The notes under the pieces: model-generated
What the model saw: the letters and a program-made list of their open reading frames with translations, nothing else
What the model was told of the DNA's origin: nothing
Database searches by the model: none
Part shown: piece after piece, positions 1 through 14,605 of the stretch
Layout: the number at the start of each line of letters is the position of its first letter
Position numbering within the stretch: position 1 is the first letter of the stretch
Program-made: the position numbers and the translations under genes
Assembly: GCA_977018835.1 (NCBI GenBank)
Contig: OZ361258.1
Location: 3,534,001-3,598,000 of the forward strand
Length of the DNA stretch: 64,000 nt
Origin: Minutocellus sp. GHC0000111
Taxonomy: Eukaryota
Direction of reading: 5' to 3'

Positions 1-2
1 AG

Positions 3-698
3 GCACGACGGCAGAGACAGCACGCTGTGGAGACGCAAATCGCCGAGGCCGTGGCCAAGACCATATCGACTCATCCCATCCTCCGTGGAGTTGTCGAGGG
101 TGTTTCGGTGGGAACCACCGCCGAGGTACGGGCGGCACCAGCGCTGGAGGTTTGTCTGAAGGCCATAACGCACGGCAGTGGAGAACGAAGGAGGCAGGGA
201 CGTGCATTGCAGCGGAGACAGATGACCGATATTGCAAGAGGACACAGCAGCAATGGGAGCTATGTGCAGGTAGATCCGATGCGAAGTCCGATTTGCTTAA
301 TGGCGCCAGATCCGGACGATTTGGTCGGTCTCGATCCGGAGGAAGATGCTGACGCCGTCAAGGGGGCCATTCAAAGCATCACCGTCGCCGAATGGAACGG
401 CAATGGTGATGCCGTGTGCTTCGCTTCGAGGGCCATGGAAGAGTGGAGAAAACGCAACGGGTTGGAGAATGAGGCCGCAACCCCTGGGTCACCATCTCGG
501 ATGACATCGGCCCGCAAACGAGCCCGGCAACGTCTTACCAAACGCAGCAACAAGTATGATGACGGTGAGGCCGAGGATATAGCACAGACCATGGTGGTGG
601 CGTTCGTAATCGCCGCCCTTGCCTTCCTCTGGACCAAATACCGGGAATCGATTTGGAATAACCTGTTTGAGGCAATACAAGGCATCTATGGAAAATAG
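3..698 (+). CDS. Hypothetical protein, 3' part (frame open to the window edge), with a C-terminal transmembrane segment
   Basis: Frame is open from position 3 to TAG at 696-698; hydrophobic stretch MVVAFVIAALAFLW near the C-terminus; family not recognised. Confidence 0.55.
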   Translation, partial: ARRQRQHAVETQIAEAVAKTISTHPILRGVVEGVSVGTTAEVRAAPALEVCLKAITHGSGERRRQGRALQRRQMTDIARGHSSNGSYVQVDPMRSPICLMAPDPDDLVGLDPEEDADAVKGAIQSITVAEWNGNGDAVCFASRAMEEWRKRNGLENEAATPGSPSRMTSARKRARQRLTKRSNKYDDGEAEDIAQTMVVAFVIAALAFLWTKYRESIWNNLFEAIQGIYGK

Positions 699-1043
699 AT
701 TCACCGGTAGATTTACAGTGGAAATTTAATGAAACATCAACTGGTTGCTTTTTTTCTTCAAGAAATTGTGAGCTTGAGGTTGCGAATTCATGGTGAAGTC
801 ATCTAGTCGAGTCTAACAAATGTAGTAGGCATTGCTTTATTATCAGCGGGAATTCCTACGTGCGCATACATGCAAGCGCCTTTCTATTACTTCGCAAGCG
901 AGCTTTGTACCGATAAGAAGAGAGAAGAAGAAAAGATTTGCCGAGCGAGAGCCAAAAAATCCACGCGTAACAAGAGATACCCCCCTATCCAAAGAAACGG
1001 GGAAATCGCTTCATCAAACTGGGGGATATCTTGCGTGGTCCAC

Positions 1044-1049
1044 TGACGT
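1044..1049 (+). promoter_or_regulatory. TGACGT (CRE/CCRE-like bZIP site) about 220 bp upstream of the small plastid repeat protein
   Basis: Hexamer seen directly; TGACGT is the described diatom CO2/cAMP-responsive element core; a single short motif can occur by chance. Confidence 0.25.
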
Positions 1050-1269
1050 ACGAAAAGCACCTTGCATGAGGTCGTTCTTTTTCGAGTTACTTAAAAATTA
1101 TATTGAACAGAAAGAATGTGATATTTATTGTCATTTCAATCATATGTTATTTTACTATTTAGTTTTCACCACACCTGAAAATGCTCCGTGAAGAACGAAG
1201 GCGCCGAACAGGTCGTCGACTGCTTCCTCGTATCATTTATTCCTTTAGTTTGCTCAAATTACGGTAACC

Positions 1270-1740
1270 ATGAACATTGTTGCTTTCGCTGCCCTTGTTG
1301 CTGGCACCGCCGCCTTCAACCCCCAGCTCGCTGGACGCGTCTCCACCGCCGTCTTCAATGAGATTGGCGCCGGCGGCATGGCCGACACCCGTAACCCCGA
1401 TGCCTTCGAGCACGAGGATCCCCGCAAGTCCATCTCCGCCGCTCCCTCCTTCGAGGAGTACTTGAAGATGCGTGACGGTGGCGGAGCCGCCCCCGCTCCT
1501 GCTCCCGCACCGGCCGCCGCCGCCCCCGCTCCCGCGTGGACCCCCCCTGCCCCCGCCCCGGCTCCGGCTGCCCCCGCATGGACTCCCCCCGCCCCGGCCC
1601 CGGCTGCCGGCGGTCACGCCGAGATCGGCGCTGGCGGCATGGCCGACACCCGTAACCCCGATGCCTTCGTCCATGAGGATCCCCGCAAGTCCATCTCCGC
1701 CGCTCCCTCCTTCGAGGAGTACCTCAAGTCGCGCCAGTAA
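1270..1740 (+). CDS. Small plastid-targeted protein: two near-identical 36-aa repeats joined by a Pro/Ala linker
   Basis: Signal peptide MNIVAFAALVAGTAA|F with Phe at +1 (ASAFAP-like); repeat EIGAGGMADTRNPDAFxHEDPRKSISAAPSFEEYLK twice; strong bias to C-ending codons. Confidence 0.85.
   Translation: MNIVAFAALVAGTAAFNPQLAGRVSTAVFNEIGAGGMADTRNPDAFEHEDPRKSISAAPSFEEYLKMRDGGGAAPAPAPAPAAAAPAPAWTPPAPAPAPAAPAWTPPAPAPAAGGHAEIGAGGMADTRNPDAFVHEDPRKSISAAPSFEEYLKSRQ
1360..1728 (+). repeat. 108-bp intragenic direct repeat (1360-1467 and 1621-1728)
   Basis: Direct comparison; differences are mostly synonymous. Confidence 0.95.
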
Positions 1741-3164
1741 GTCTGCTTTCGCGTGTTGAACAATTGAGCATGTCTGTTCTTCCGACATGCTCATTTTCAA
1801 GCACCCTGGAAACCGAGAGCAGCTAAACCGCTTCCGCATCCCGAGTATAACTTAAAGCATACGTATAATAGATCTGCGTTGCTGTATATACAAACTGAGA
1901 TATAATAGCCGTGTAGTGTTTATTGGGCGAGTGTTGATCACGATGTTGTTACCGGTACGTTCTGGTCATCTTCAACCCCTATGGCCGAAAAAGACAGTAC
2001 GAGTAACGCTAGCAATGCTCTTACGCTAAAAAAAATGCTTCTCTCTACTCCTTATGTTTATATTGATCTTCCTCAATTACTATTAGTGGTGCATACATAT
2101 TATGCTGAGCAAAGGACCGGTGTCGACCGACGACCTTGCCCTCCAGCAAGGTTCTGTGGCAAAGATTCGTGTCGTCTTCACAATGCGGATCGTAAATAAA
2201 TCTATCTGATCTTGCACCGAGCGGGTATAATGGTTCACGATCGCAACTGCGGTTGATTTGCCTATTCGAGCATGGCCAAATCATACCAGGCAGAATTACA
2301 GCCAGCGGCACAGACGATCCCAGCAGAAAGGACTGGGGAACAAGAAGAATACAACTTTTGATGAATCGATGACATCAACGTGGTGCAGGTATCCCCAGAA
2401 GATTTCTCTCGAGAGGAAGATATTGCTATGTGATTCGATCCACGGTGGTAGAGATAATGAGGGAAAGTTGGGACTATTTGCGTTGGTTTTGGGGGGATCA
2501 TTATTTCAGATTCTCCATCTCCATGTAGGGAAGGAAATAGTTCGCGCCGTTGAACCTAGAAGTCGGGACGGAAGTGTAATCGATTTACTTTCGCGCTTGC
2601 TCTCATTTTGGCAACGACTCGTGCAGATTCAAATTTTTTGTCTTCTCTCATGCCTGTGCCGCTATTGTCATATCAAGCGGCCAGGTACATGTAGCCAGGC
2701 AGAGAACATGATCGACTAACTAACTAAGGGCCGAGGGCCGACCCCATCGAAAGTAGATCGACCGGGCGGTTGTCGTTGTTCAGAACACGACAGCAGCATG
2801 GAGCGGCCGCTTGCAGGGCATAGTCCCAAGTCTACTCTCGCGACATTGGTCTGTTGAGTGGTGCGATTCTCCCGCCTCTCGCAACGTCTTACTTCGATAC
2901 AGTCAATACCGAGAACATAACATGGCGGAAGCGAAGAATGAGCTGATTTTCGAGCGATCGCGAAAAAAATATTTTTCGAGTCATGATGACGTCATATGCC
3001 TCGATTTTGAAGCCGCGACTTTGGTCGCTGCAGGCACTCTGCTCACTTCTCGCCTCGAAGCGAAAACAACCAAAGCAACCACACACTTCGAGTTTGTCGT
3101 GAACTCCGAACGTACCCCCCCCCCCCAAGCTACCTACTACTACCACCCTCTCTCTCTTTCAACC

Positions 3165-5599
<2,435 letters not shown>

Positions 5600-6224
5600 A
5601 GCAGCAGTCATCCGCCGTAGGTCCCCTCTTCGCTGGATCGCCACCATGAGATAGCAAGTCGAGAATCTGTCGGTCCTTTAGTTTTAGGATAACTGTATTA
5701 GTGTTGGAATTGAGTTGGAAAGAATATCTCTACATGTACATGTACTCCCTTATTCTCTTCTTCTTTCCGGCTTTGCTGGTTGCCGCTGTATTGCCCGCGT
5801 ACTTGTGGTCGCTCCTCCCTTGACACCTCGGACTTTTCGGCCCTCTGCTGCCTGCTGCTGCCGCCCCCGCCCCCCCGGCCGCTCCTCCCACCACCCATTC
5901 TCCGCCCGACCCATCGGCCGTCCCCAAACAAACAACTTATCGCCGGTAAAGGTCTTTATACTCACTTGCTGATACAAGAAGAGTGTCGGATTTCTCCAAA
6001 CGGCACAATGCATCCATGCATTTAGAAACAGCATTCAATGTGTAGAGGCATGCAAACCCCGCAGCATGCCATGCCTGAACAGACATGATGCCGCAAAGGG
6101 GCGGCCCTAAGGCCATCAAATGTAGCTAGGGAGTTCGAGCCGATGAGCGTTTTCTCCGTCTACCCGAGAGTCGAGGAGGAACATGACGCTGCCGAGCACT
6201 TCTGGTAGGGGGCGTGGTCGTAGG

Positions 6225-6415
6225 ATTTGGAAGGGCAGAAATCTCGCTGCGGTGCAATCGACATCGTCTGTGACAAACATGCCATCAATTTGTTTCGTCC
6301 CCCGGAAATACGTGGCCGGCCCCGCCTTCCTGGTGCGCCGTTTCACCGCATCCTTGAGTCCGATCTTGCCTTGGAGGTCTCGAACGAAGCGCGACTTCCT
6401 TCCCAGATCCTCCGA
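6225..6415 (-). mobile_element. Non-LTR retrotransposon (LINE) AP-endonuclease fragment
   Basis: GLKDAV...GPATYFRGTKQIDGMFVTDDVDCTAARFLPF resembles the end of diatom LINE APE domains; truncated on both sides. Confidence 0.6.
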
Positions 6416-6419
6416 TGTT

Positions 6420-7159
6420 CTATCTCTCCTTCGGCTGTACAAAGACTTCAAGGGAGATGATTTTGATGGGACCGTCCACCAGAATGACAACGTCCCTGGT
6501 ATTGGTGACGGTGATTGCGATTTTCTTTACAGGAGGCTTGCTCAAATCATCTCTGGTCGATGCGACCAACAGGATGGCATCGCCGAGATCAAGGCCGAAG
6601 CGAGGCGGATGGGATATTTGATCACGGCAAAGGACTTTCTGAAACAGTCAATGCAGAGGGGGATCTGACGTATCTCCAAGAGCAAATCGAAGCGGCTCGG
6701 GCGCTTGCTTATGCAGCTCAGCAAGAGAGGGACCATGTCTTCAAGCTGAACTCTGCTGATAGTCATGACTCTGGTGCTAGCATCAGTATCGGTGATTCCA
6801 AGAGTGCCGGTACGACGACTGCCGTTGTGCCAATGCCCCCAGCGCCGACTTCATCGACGGCTACTAGCATTTCACCTGTCCCCGTAGTCATGATGAAGGC
6901 GGACGCTGCTCCCAGCGAAATGGATGCTGTATCTGCAAAGGCAGAGAAGCAACGGAAGAGACTTAGGGCTTGGCGAGAACTGGCGGCTCAAAAGAAACTC
7001 GCCGCCCAGACGCCTGCTCAGTCTATAGCCGACACACCGCCGCCATCTTTGGGCATACGCATGTCTTTACCTCAGCAGGATCAACCGCGAAAGAGGCGGA
7101 AAAGGCAGTGGGATCTTGCTCCAGGTCTCGCCGACGTCTTTGAGGTTGGAAGTGCGTAA
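6420..7159 (+). other. Fragmented hypothetical coding-like region (two overlapping ORFs changing frame near 6665)
   Basis: ORFs 6183-6668 and 6515-7159 with protein-like composition; abuts the LINE fragment. Confidence 0.3.
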
Positions 7160-7549
7160 GAGAAGGAAAAGAAGGGAGCAATGGAACTAAAATAGGAGCC
7201 GCATATTAATAAAAACGAAGGAAGCAGAGAAGCTAAGATGGGAGCCGCCAAAGGCACCAGCACCCGAGCATCCGAAGTGGATTCCTCCGTAACAAAACTA
7301 GAAAAGTTTTGTAGATAAATAGGTAGAAGAATGTTTGTGTTATTTGTAGATGCTCAAATACTACCCTTTCGAATTTCCTTCATCCGTTGCGCTTTCAATC
7401 GACATTAATGATTCTATAATGTCTGGAGCTCTCCTGGACAGACTACTTTGGTACTCATGCGAAGGATACAATTCCCCAGCCAGGTCAGGGTAATCCATAC
7501 CTTGTGGTGGGCATACTTACTACTATACTTATCGGCAGCTGACCCAAGA

Positions 7550-8830
7550 TTACTTCTTAGCCCTCCTCTGTCGAGCACTTTCAAACAGAATCACACTGCC
7601 GCTCACAGCTGCATTGAGACTTTCAATGCCCTCTGCCATTGGAACATGAACAGCGCGAACTTCTCCACCGCGAACGGCACTTCTGATTGGTTGACTGAGC
7701 CCTGGCCCCTCTTTGCCCACGCCTACTACAACTGACTTTGACCCGGTCCAATCTACCTCGTAGTATGGTAAACTATCTCCCCTATCTATATCCAAACCTT
7801 CGCTTGTCGCAGATTTCTCCGAACCTTCCATCGTCGCTGCGTAAAAATCAAGGTCTAGCCGGACGCCAAAACTTTCCAATCGCTCTTTGCAATCGTCCCA
7901 GCCATCTACTTGGAGGAGAGGTATTTTGAAGTTTGCTGTCATTGCACTTCGCACCGTCTTAGGACTCCATGCATCGCAGCTTCCTGGCATGAATATTATG
8001 GCTTCAACTCCACAGGCAATTGCACTTCTTATCAGTGTGCCAGTGTTGCCCGGATCGCTTGTCTCGAGGACGAGGTACGTGCGAGTCCCAGGCCCGACGC
8101 ATGCTTCAGAGTTGTACTGGTAGGGTGCGGGGATCGACACCAGCGCAATAATCCCCTGCGGAGTGACAGTATCAGAACAAGCCTTGATTACCGCTGAAGT
8201 AGCAAAGGTAACCTTCGGTGGCGAGGAGCAAGACTCCACTAAAACAGCGAATTCACTCATTGCCTGGTCGGTCATGGCATTTTCTTCCACAATGATGTGC
8301 TGCACAAGATCGCGTGTCTTTTCATCAGAAAGGAGGTCGATTACAGTGCGCATTCCCTCAACAATGGTGGCACCCTCCTCCGTCCGCATTCGCTTCTTGC
8401 TGACGAGACTCTTGAACTTTTTTACGGTCGCTCCTTTCGGCGAAGTAAGGATCCCATTGTCGATCGTTCCTTGTAAATTCGTTGTGCTAATGCGCTGCTG
8501 CCTTGTAGCGATCCTTCTCCTTAAAGGAAAACCAATGCCAAAGGGTTGCGAGAGATAGGGGCATGGAGAAGAGCTTCCCCTCGCCATGGCTGCTGCAGGC
8601 GGTGGCATACTCCATGTTGAGGCAATTGATGAGAACGCATGCGCCATGCAGGAAGGATACTGCGATTGCTGCGCAATTCGAGAGAGCATGATTATTGCTG
8701 CAAGATATCGAGGAGCTGCGTTGGTAGCACGAGCTTTCGCAATCATTGCCATTTGTCGTCTGGTGAGTGGAGGTGGAACCAAGCGGGCCGGATGTGCATG
8801 ATCACATCGACATAGGAGCCTCGTCGGCAA
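7550..8830 (-). CDS. TrmH/SpoU-family (SPOUT) RNA 2'-O-methyltransferase, probably organelle-targeted
   Basis: Motifs SDPGNTGTLIRSA, VGKEGPGLS and VPMAEGIESLNAAVSGSVILFE; N-terminal extension; exact start uncertain. Confidence 0.9.
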   Translation of the reverse strand: MPTRLLCRCDHAHPARLVPPPLTRRQMAMIAKARATNAAPRYLAAIIMLSRIAQQSQYPSCMAHAFSSIASTWSMPPPAAAMARGSSSPCPYLSQPFGIGFPLRRRIATRQQRISTTNLQGTIDNGILTSPKGATVKKFKSLVSKKRMRTEEGATIVEGMRTVIDLLSDEKTRDLVQHIIVEENAMTDQAMSEFAVLVESCSSPPKVTFATSAVIKACSDTVTPQGIIALVSIPAPYQYNSEACVGPGTRTYLVLETSDPGNTGTLIRSAIACGVEAIIFMPGSCDAWSPKTVRSAMTANFKIPLLQVDGWDDCKERLESFGVRLDLDFYAATMEGSEKSATSEGLDIDRGDSLPYYEVDWTGSKSVVVGVGKEGPGLSQPIRSAVRGGEVRAVHVPMAEGIESLNAAVSGSVILFESARQRRAKK

Positions 8831-9185
8831 TTCCGCATGGCTTGACGAGATGCCATACGGATGACGGACAGGCCCAGTCGACTGACTCGACTAAGCTAGT
8901 CGAGTGAGTCATCCCGTTTTGTACATGTCGCGTGCGCTTTCCGCTTCCCTCGACCCAGAACATTCTTTTGCGAGCCGGCGGCGTTGCCGTTGCAAATCTT
9001 GACCAACTAGCATTTCTTGATCGATTGGAGTCGACACCAAAGGCGAATTCTTCGACCGGGGAAAGATTGGTTGGCACGAACAAAAAATCTTGCAGATTTC
9101 CTTACCACTACCATCACCACTGCTCTAAGAATGCGGTCCATCATTATTTCAAGTTCGAGTTGCTTCATAAATTTCGGAAGCAAAG

Positions 9186-9913
9186 ATGAAGGTTTTCGCC
9201 GTTGTTCCTGCTTTGCTCCTTTCAGCCTTCTGCCACGGGCAGCAGTATGAGTGTCGTACTGGTCGCTCTTGTCGCTGCAGCAGCAGCAATCGCTGTAAAC
9301 ACGAGAGCAAATATGGTGTGAGCCTGGCAGAGTGCCGTGAGCAATGTGATGGCGAAGGCGATGACTGTAAGGGGTGAGTGTGCTCGTACATGTAATGTGG
9401 CATATGTGCTATTCTACATGAACAATATTGTTGGCACAAAAGTGGGACTTCCTTCTGCATAAATGCTCGCTTTTACCATGGTAAATTGTAAGCATACATG
9501 CGTGAGTGATACACCATAATAAGAAAGTTTTACCAAAACGAAATCCTTGCTTACGGGTTCTTACATGATGCATGCTTTTTCACATTCGTAAAATAAATCC
9601 AAAATGTAGATTCGAATGGACCGATAACAATAGTGATAGCGACGACGATACGCACTGTGAGATCCACCAGGTTGCAGGAAATCGATACAGTGACGAAAGC
9701 CAGGACCGTTCCGATACGACTTGTTGCTGGAGAGTCGATCCTACGCCTCGCCCCACACCCCGACCAACACCTCGCCCAACAAGTGCCGAGTCAGAGGGCA
9801 GCAAAAGCAGCAAAAGTGGCAAGCGTCACAGAGATCGCGGAAGGCACTTCCTCCGCAGTTTACGTTTTATGGATGAAAGGGAAGAATGGGGGGTCGAGAT
9901 TGATCATAACTAG
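9186..9913 (+). CDS. Secreted Cys-rich (PAN/apple-like) protein with PTPR repeats and an SKSSKSGK tail; intron 9374-9609
   Basis: Signal peptide MKVFAVVPALLLSAFCHG; splicing joins DCKG-FEW in frame; (PTPR)x3; KxxK motif; RSL/RHFL sites. Confidence 0.8.
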
Positions 9914-10216
9914 CTACAATTAGATTTTTGAAGGCGCCCTTTTGTTGAGTTAATGCAGCAAGAGAGGACACAACGAGAGAGAGAGAGAGAGATACACAAA
10001 TACATGTAGAACTACTTACCAGTATGTGTGCAAGCCAATTTAGTTAGAGTTGCCCTTTATAACGTAGATTTTTTTAGAAGCAGTAGATCTTGTCATGCAT
10101 AGCATAAAATAATGTGTCTTCCAACTTACATATTACAAAGTCAGCAAAAGAGTGGGCTTAGCTTAGGGAGCTGTGCTCGAAGAACACGTGCACTACCAAC
10201 TTACATATAATACGAT

Positions 10217-10410
10217 CAGGAGTTCGGCGCCAAGATCGCCGATGGAGAAGGAGAGGAGGATAATTTTGAGGAGCATTATAGAGCTGCAGTCATCCGCCGT
10301 CGGCCTTCGGTCACTTCTTCGCTGGAGATAGCAAGTCGAGAATCTGTCGGTCTTTACTTTTAATAGCTGTATTTAGTGTTGGAATTGAGTTGGGAAGAAT
10401 AGATCTTATA
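10217..10410 (+). pseudogene. Degenerate copy of the alpha-tubulin last exon plus 3'UTR
   Basis: cag|GAGTTCGGCGCC...GATGGAGAAGG translates EFGAKIADGEGEE; downstream gagatagcaagtcgagaatctgtcggtc...tagtgttggaattgagttgg matches 5648-5718. Confidence 0.85.
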
Positions 10411-10516
10411 TCTATATGTACCGTAGAGTTTAGGTCTTTACTTTTAATAGCTGTATTTAGTGTTGGAATTGAGTTGGGAAGAATAGATCTTATATCTATA
10501 TGTACCGTAGAGTTTA
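10349..10516 (+). repeat. Tandem duplication, 2 x 84 bp
   Basis: 10349-10432 is repeated at 10433-10516. Confidence 0.92.
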
Positions 10517-10585
10517 CCCCTTGTCTTCTCTGCCATAACGCTTGTTGTATTGCCGACGACTTCAATCGTTGCCACTTTCAATCCT

Positions 10586-11288
10586 TCAATCGGCGCTGGC
10601 GATATCTGGAGCAGTCTGGTTCCTTCTGCTCTGAATTACGCCCTTCTTCTCGCTTTTCTTCTTGGAATTGGCGTTTGCACCACAATTGGGAGGAGGCCCA
10701 ATATCGATTACTTCTGCCTCTGAAATGTCTGGGAAATTCCACGGAAAAGGCTCTTTATTTTTGGACGCCTTGCTGGCCCTTCCCATCATGACAAATGGCC
10801 AAGTAAATGGGATGCTCGATGATATCTTCGGCCTCTTTTCCTTGCCGATAACATCATCAGTAGGTTTCAACGCAAAACGTCCCATGATGCTGTACTTGAC
10901 AGGAACATATTTCCTATCTTCTGCAGAGAGCAAATTGGCATTGAACAGAATCGATATCCCATGAGTGTAGAGTGGAGTATTGCAACATTTGGCATAAATT
11001 CGTGGCATAGATGATGCTTTTCCTGAATAGTTTTCTTTGATCTTTGCCAAAGCAAGATGATCCTTTACTTCCTCATCGTCAAATGTGAGTTCATTGGGAT
11101 TGATTTGAAGAAGGTCCACCCCATGGAGTGAGAGGTGCCAGCCGGTTGCCACCGCGTTTGTCAAGAGTCTGATAGTAGCCTCGACAATCTGAGCAGTGAC
11201 AAACGATTCGAAGAGCAGACGGCGTGTGGATTTGCCCAGTAACCTTGCCGCAGACGCAAGAAAACTTTGCGTTGAGTTGTTTCGACAT
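10586..11288 (-). pseudogene. GFA/CENP-V-like (DUF6151-like) zinc protein with a frameshift near 11120
   Basis: CVCGKV...RIVCHCSDCR in one frame and VDLLQI...RIYAKCCNTPL in another; frames switch at PWG/VD with no intron. Confidence 0.75.
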
Positions 11289-11574
11289 GGTCGTAGCTAC
11301 TAATGATTTGGTTTATGGCGTTGCTCGTGTTATTACAATTCGGCTCTTCTTCTTTCCTGACTGCGGCTTCTTCTTGGATCTTTCGAGCGATAATGAGAAC
11401 CTTTCGGTAATGATGGACTCGTTCGACTCGAACCGACTACGGAAGCAGAAGGAGCACTGAGAGAGGAAACCAATCGTACAGACACAAAACTTTCTCTAAA
11501 ATCTCTTTATATATGCAGGAATACCTATTGTACAGAAGGCAAAGGCTCTTGGTAACCCATGGCTTGAATGGCCG

Positions 11575-13548
11575 CTAAGAATCTTGCTCTTCGTTGAGAG
11601 ACGGCAAGCCAGTCCCCGAGGGTGGTGGTCTCGTGGCATCGTCAACAGGACCTGACGATACTTCTTCTGATGCATCGACCCCAACTCGTCCTCTTTGCGA
11701 AAATGGACCACTGACGCTGCTCTCATCGAACGTGCTGCTCTCAAGCTCGGATGACTGTACCGTTGTTTCCGTCCTTGTCCGCTCTCGATTGGCAGGGACG
11801 GAAGTGGCAGTGGCGGTGTCCTCTTTGTCGCCTTCCTTCTTGATCGGGTCCATGGACACGTCTGCTTGCTGCAAGATATTTGCAGCAGATGAGGATGCCG
11901 AAAGTGCTTGCTGACTCGATCCCTGTCTGCGCCCACGTCGGCGGCCGCCGCTCCCAGTATTGAAGAAAGTAACGATCCGATCCAGTAAACCCACATGAAA
12001 GCCTCCTGGTTCGGAGGCATTCTCTGGAAAGGTATCGGCAGTATCAAATCTTGATCGAGGCGGGCGAGGTGGGGGCATTGGCATAGTCATTGGCGCTGGA
12101 GTGCAAATTTCGATATCAGTCCGCGGCAAGCTCATCGTGGGCGAAGTGGGGCCAAGAACATGGGCTCCATCGGCGTCGTGGTATTCCACCTCGATGCCCT
12201 CGTTGTGAGAGCTTCGTCGGTGCGTGCTCTCATCTTCAATAATCTCGTACGTCTTGGAGAGGACTACGCAAACCTTCTCGTCCTTGGGAGCCTTCGTCAT
12301 GCCCAGCTTCCAGCAAACGATGCAATAAAGGCCAAGCACGACGGCCTCGACGCCACCGTAGAACAATGGGACTGTAATAGGTAGGTGAAAGAGAGAGGAT
12401 CGGCAGGGTTTTGTGAGAAGAAAGAGATCCTCGGCAATCGCATAACAAATGAACGGTATCCAAGCCATCACTTACCACAAAGTGCCTCGGCACGCTGTTG
12501 GGGGTCGTCAAACATGGCCACCGCCGCGCTCGTGGCGATTCCAACGTTTTGGTAGCAGCATTCCACGGAGACCGTGACGATCTCCGGTGGGTTTAGGCGC
12601 GCCATGCGAGAGAAGAAATTGGCAAGGACCAACCCGACGACGCATGGGGCGGCTACCCCGATATAAAATGCCCAGGTCTGATCCCAGAGCTTGGTACCAC
12701 CTTGCTCTTGATCATCATCATCCTTCCCACCAGCGGTTGAGCTGATGACAGCTGAGAAGACAATGAGAAGGATGCCACTGATCGACCCAAGTCGATTGGA
12801 CCACAACTGGAAGCGCGGGGAGTGGAGACGGTACGATGCATAAAGGCCGCTGACGATGGCCAGTATGACAATCGCCAGGGAGATGAAGATGGCCTTGAAG
12901 TCGACATTCGAGAGGATGTTCTCTTCCTCTTCCTTGGTGAAGCCGTAGGCCGCGTGGGTGTAAAGCAGCAGGTTGGCGGGTAGGAAGACCACGGCAAAGA
13001 CGGTGGAGATGGCAGTCATGCACACGCTGAGGGCCAGCTCGGCGTTGAACAGGCTGCACCACCAGTTGCTGTACGATCCGCCCGGACTTGCCGTCACGAT
13101 GAGGAGGGTGATGTCCATGGCGTCGGTGAAGCCGTGATCCCTCAGCACGAGGATGGTGAGATATCCCAGCAGAGGCATGAGGACGAACTGCATGACCACC
13201 CCGGTCAGGATCGGCCCACTTGTTGTGCAGCTGGTTCTTCAGGTTCTTCATGTCTACCGTCGCCGACATGCCAAAGATGAGGAGGAAGAGCAGGAGATTG
13301 GAGGCTATTTCGGCGAGCGTGTTGAGCGGACCCGACACGTCTTGGTCGGCGCTGCCGCCTCCGCCTCCTCCACCGTCGTCGCCCCCGCCAGCGGCATCCT
13401 CGAGAAAGCGGGAGCCCCAGATGCCCTCCTCGCCTCCAGAGGTAGCGGACAAAACTGGCGAGTAGTAGAGCGCATCATCTCGGTCCAATTCGAGGATGTC
13501 ACCACCAGCATCCGCCGGCAAATGGCCGTCAACAATCAGGCGATTCAT
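11575..13548 (-). CDS. Bile acid:sodium symporter (BASS/SBF) family transporter; intron 12372-12475; +1 frameshift at about 13212
   Basis: LIFGMSATV, QFVLMPLLG, SPGGSYSNWW, ECCYQNVGIA and VPLFYG motifs; one extra base breaks NKWA|ILTG. Confidence 0.85.
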
Positions 13549-14605
13549 ATTAGTCGGTGCAGATGCGATTCGATTCGGTGTCAAGGATGCGATGATGCGA
13601 AACGCAGGAAGCCGAACGAACCTTGACGATATAATATTATGCGGCCGCAGAGGCTGATCAGTAAGCAGGCTGGTCGTAGCTCCTTGCTGGAAAGTGGAAT
13701 ACCACGCTCTTGGATGGCTCTGGCTTGAGTTTTGCTTTCGGCGAGGAAGTGTCTCGGTTCGGTGTGGCGCGGCAAAAGACCCGCAGCAGTAACAGGACGC
13801 ACACACAAACAGCCGGCCGCTTTTTGTATGTGGAAAGATTTACGTGGGAAGTCAAAAATCACGACGATCTGACAGCCAGCCCAACCGACAGCGGCTCACT
13901 TAACGCCCAGTCCCAGCGTGCAAGCTGCAACGGTGCCGGTCTTTCTCCTCCCTGCTTTCCACGGCGTGAGATTCGATTCTCCTCCTCGGAACTTCTGGCG
14001 GAAGAATTTTTTTGGTGCGGCCTCCCCAAAAGGTTTTGTTTATTGCCGTTGCCTGCTCATCATCTCAATATGACCACCTGGCTCGCTCGGGGTAGGGGCG
14101 AAGTCGCAACAGCTTAGCTTGGGATTGATTGGGCGATTGGAAATTGGTTCGTACCAACCTTTTGCACTCGGCGGTTCGTTTGTGGGACAAGAGCGTCATG
14201 GTGGCACAGTACAGATGACTTGAAGCCATAAGGGCGAAGCCTTTTTCGAATGCTAAAGAGAAATCAACAGCGGCGAAGAGGAAAAAGCCCGCCAAGCCGG
14301 CAATCTGATGCTGCCAATAGCGAGAAAGATGTTGCCATTGGAGACTTGTTGTGCCGCCACAGGATTATTTGATGTATTTGGACAGGCACATGATATCATG
14401 CATTTTCGGAGAATCTATTTTTCCGAGCCAACGTGTTTCGACAGATGGATGATGGATTTGGACAGGTGGATGTGATGGGCCCCGACTGATGCGTCTCGCC
14501 CGTGAAACCATGCAGATCACTTCTGCACGAGCACACGGTCTCACAATCCACAATATCGACCCTACGTCACATCGTTTTATCCTTTGTTATCAGTACAATC
14601 GCATC

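Noticed and set aside
2987..2994. TGACGTCA upstream of tubulin (another near 18186)
   Set aside because: Single short motifs next to genes with no CCM link; shows the hexamer also occurs as background
10349..10516. CRISPR-like or regulatory repeat array
   Set aside because: Simple two-copy tandem duplication without spacers in a eukaryotic 3'UTR relic
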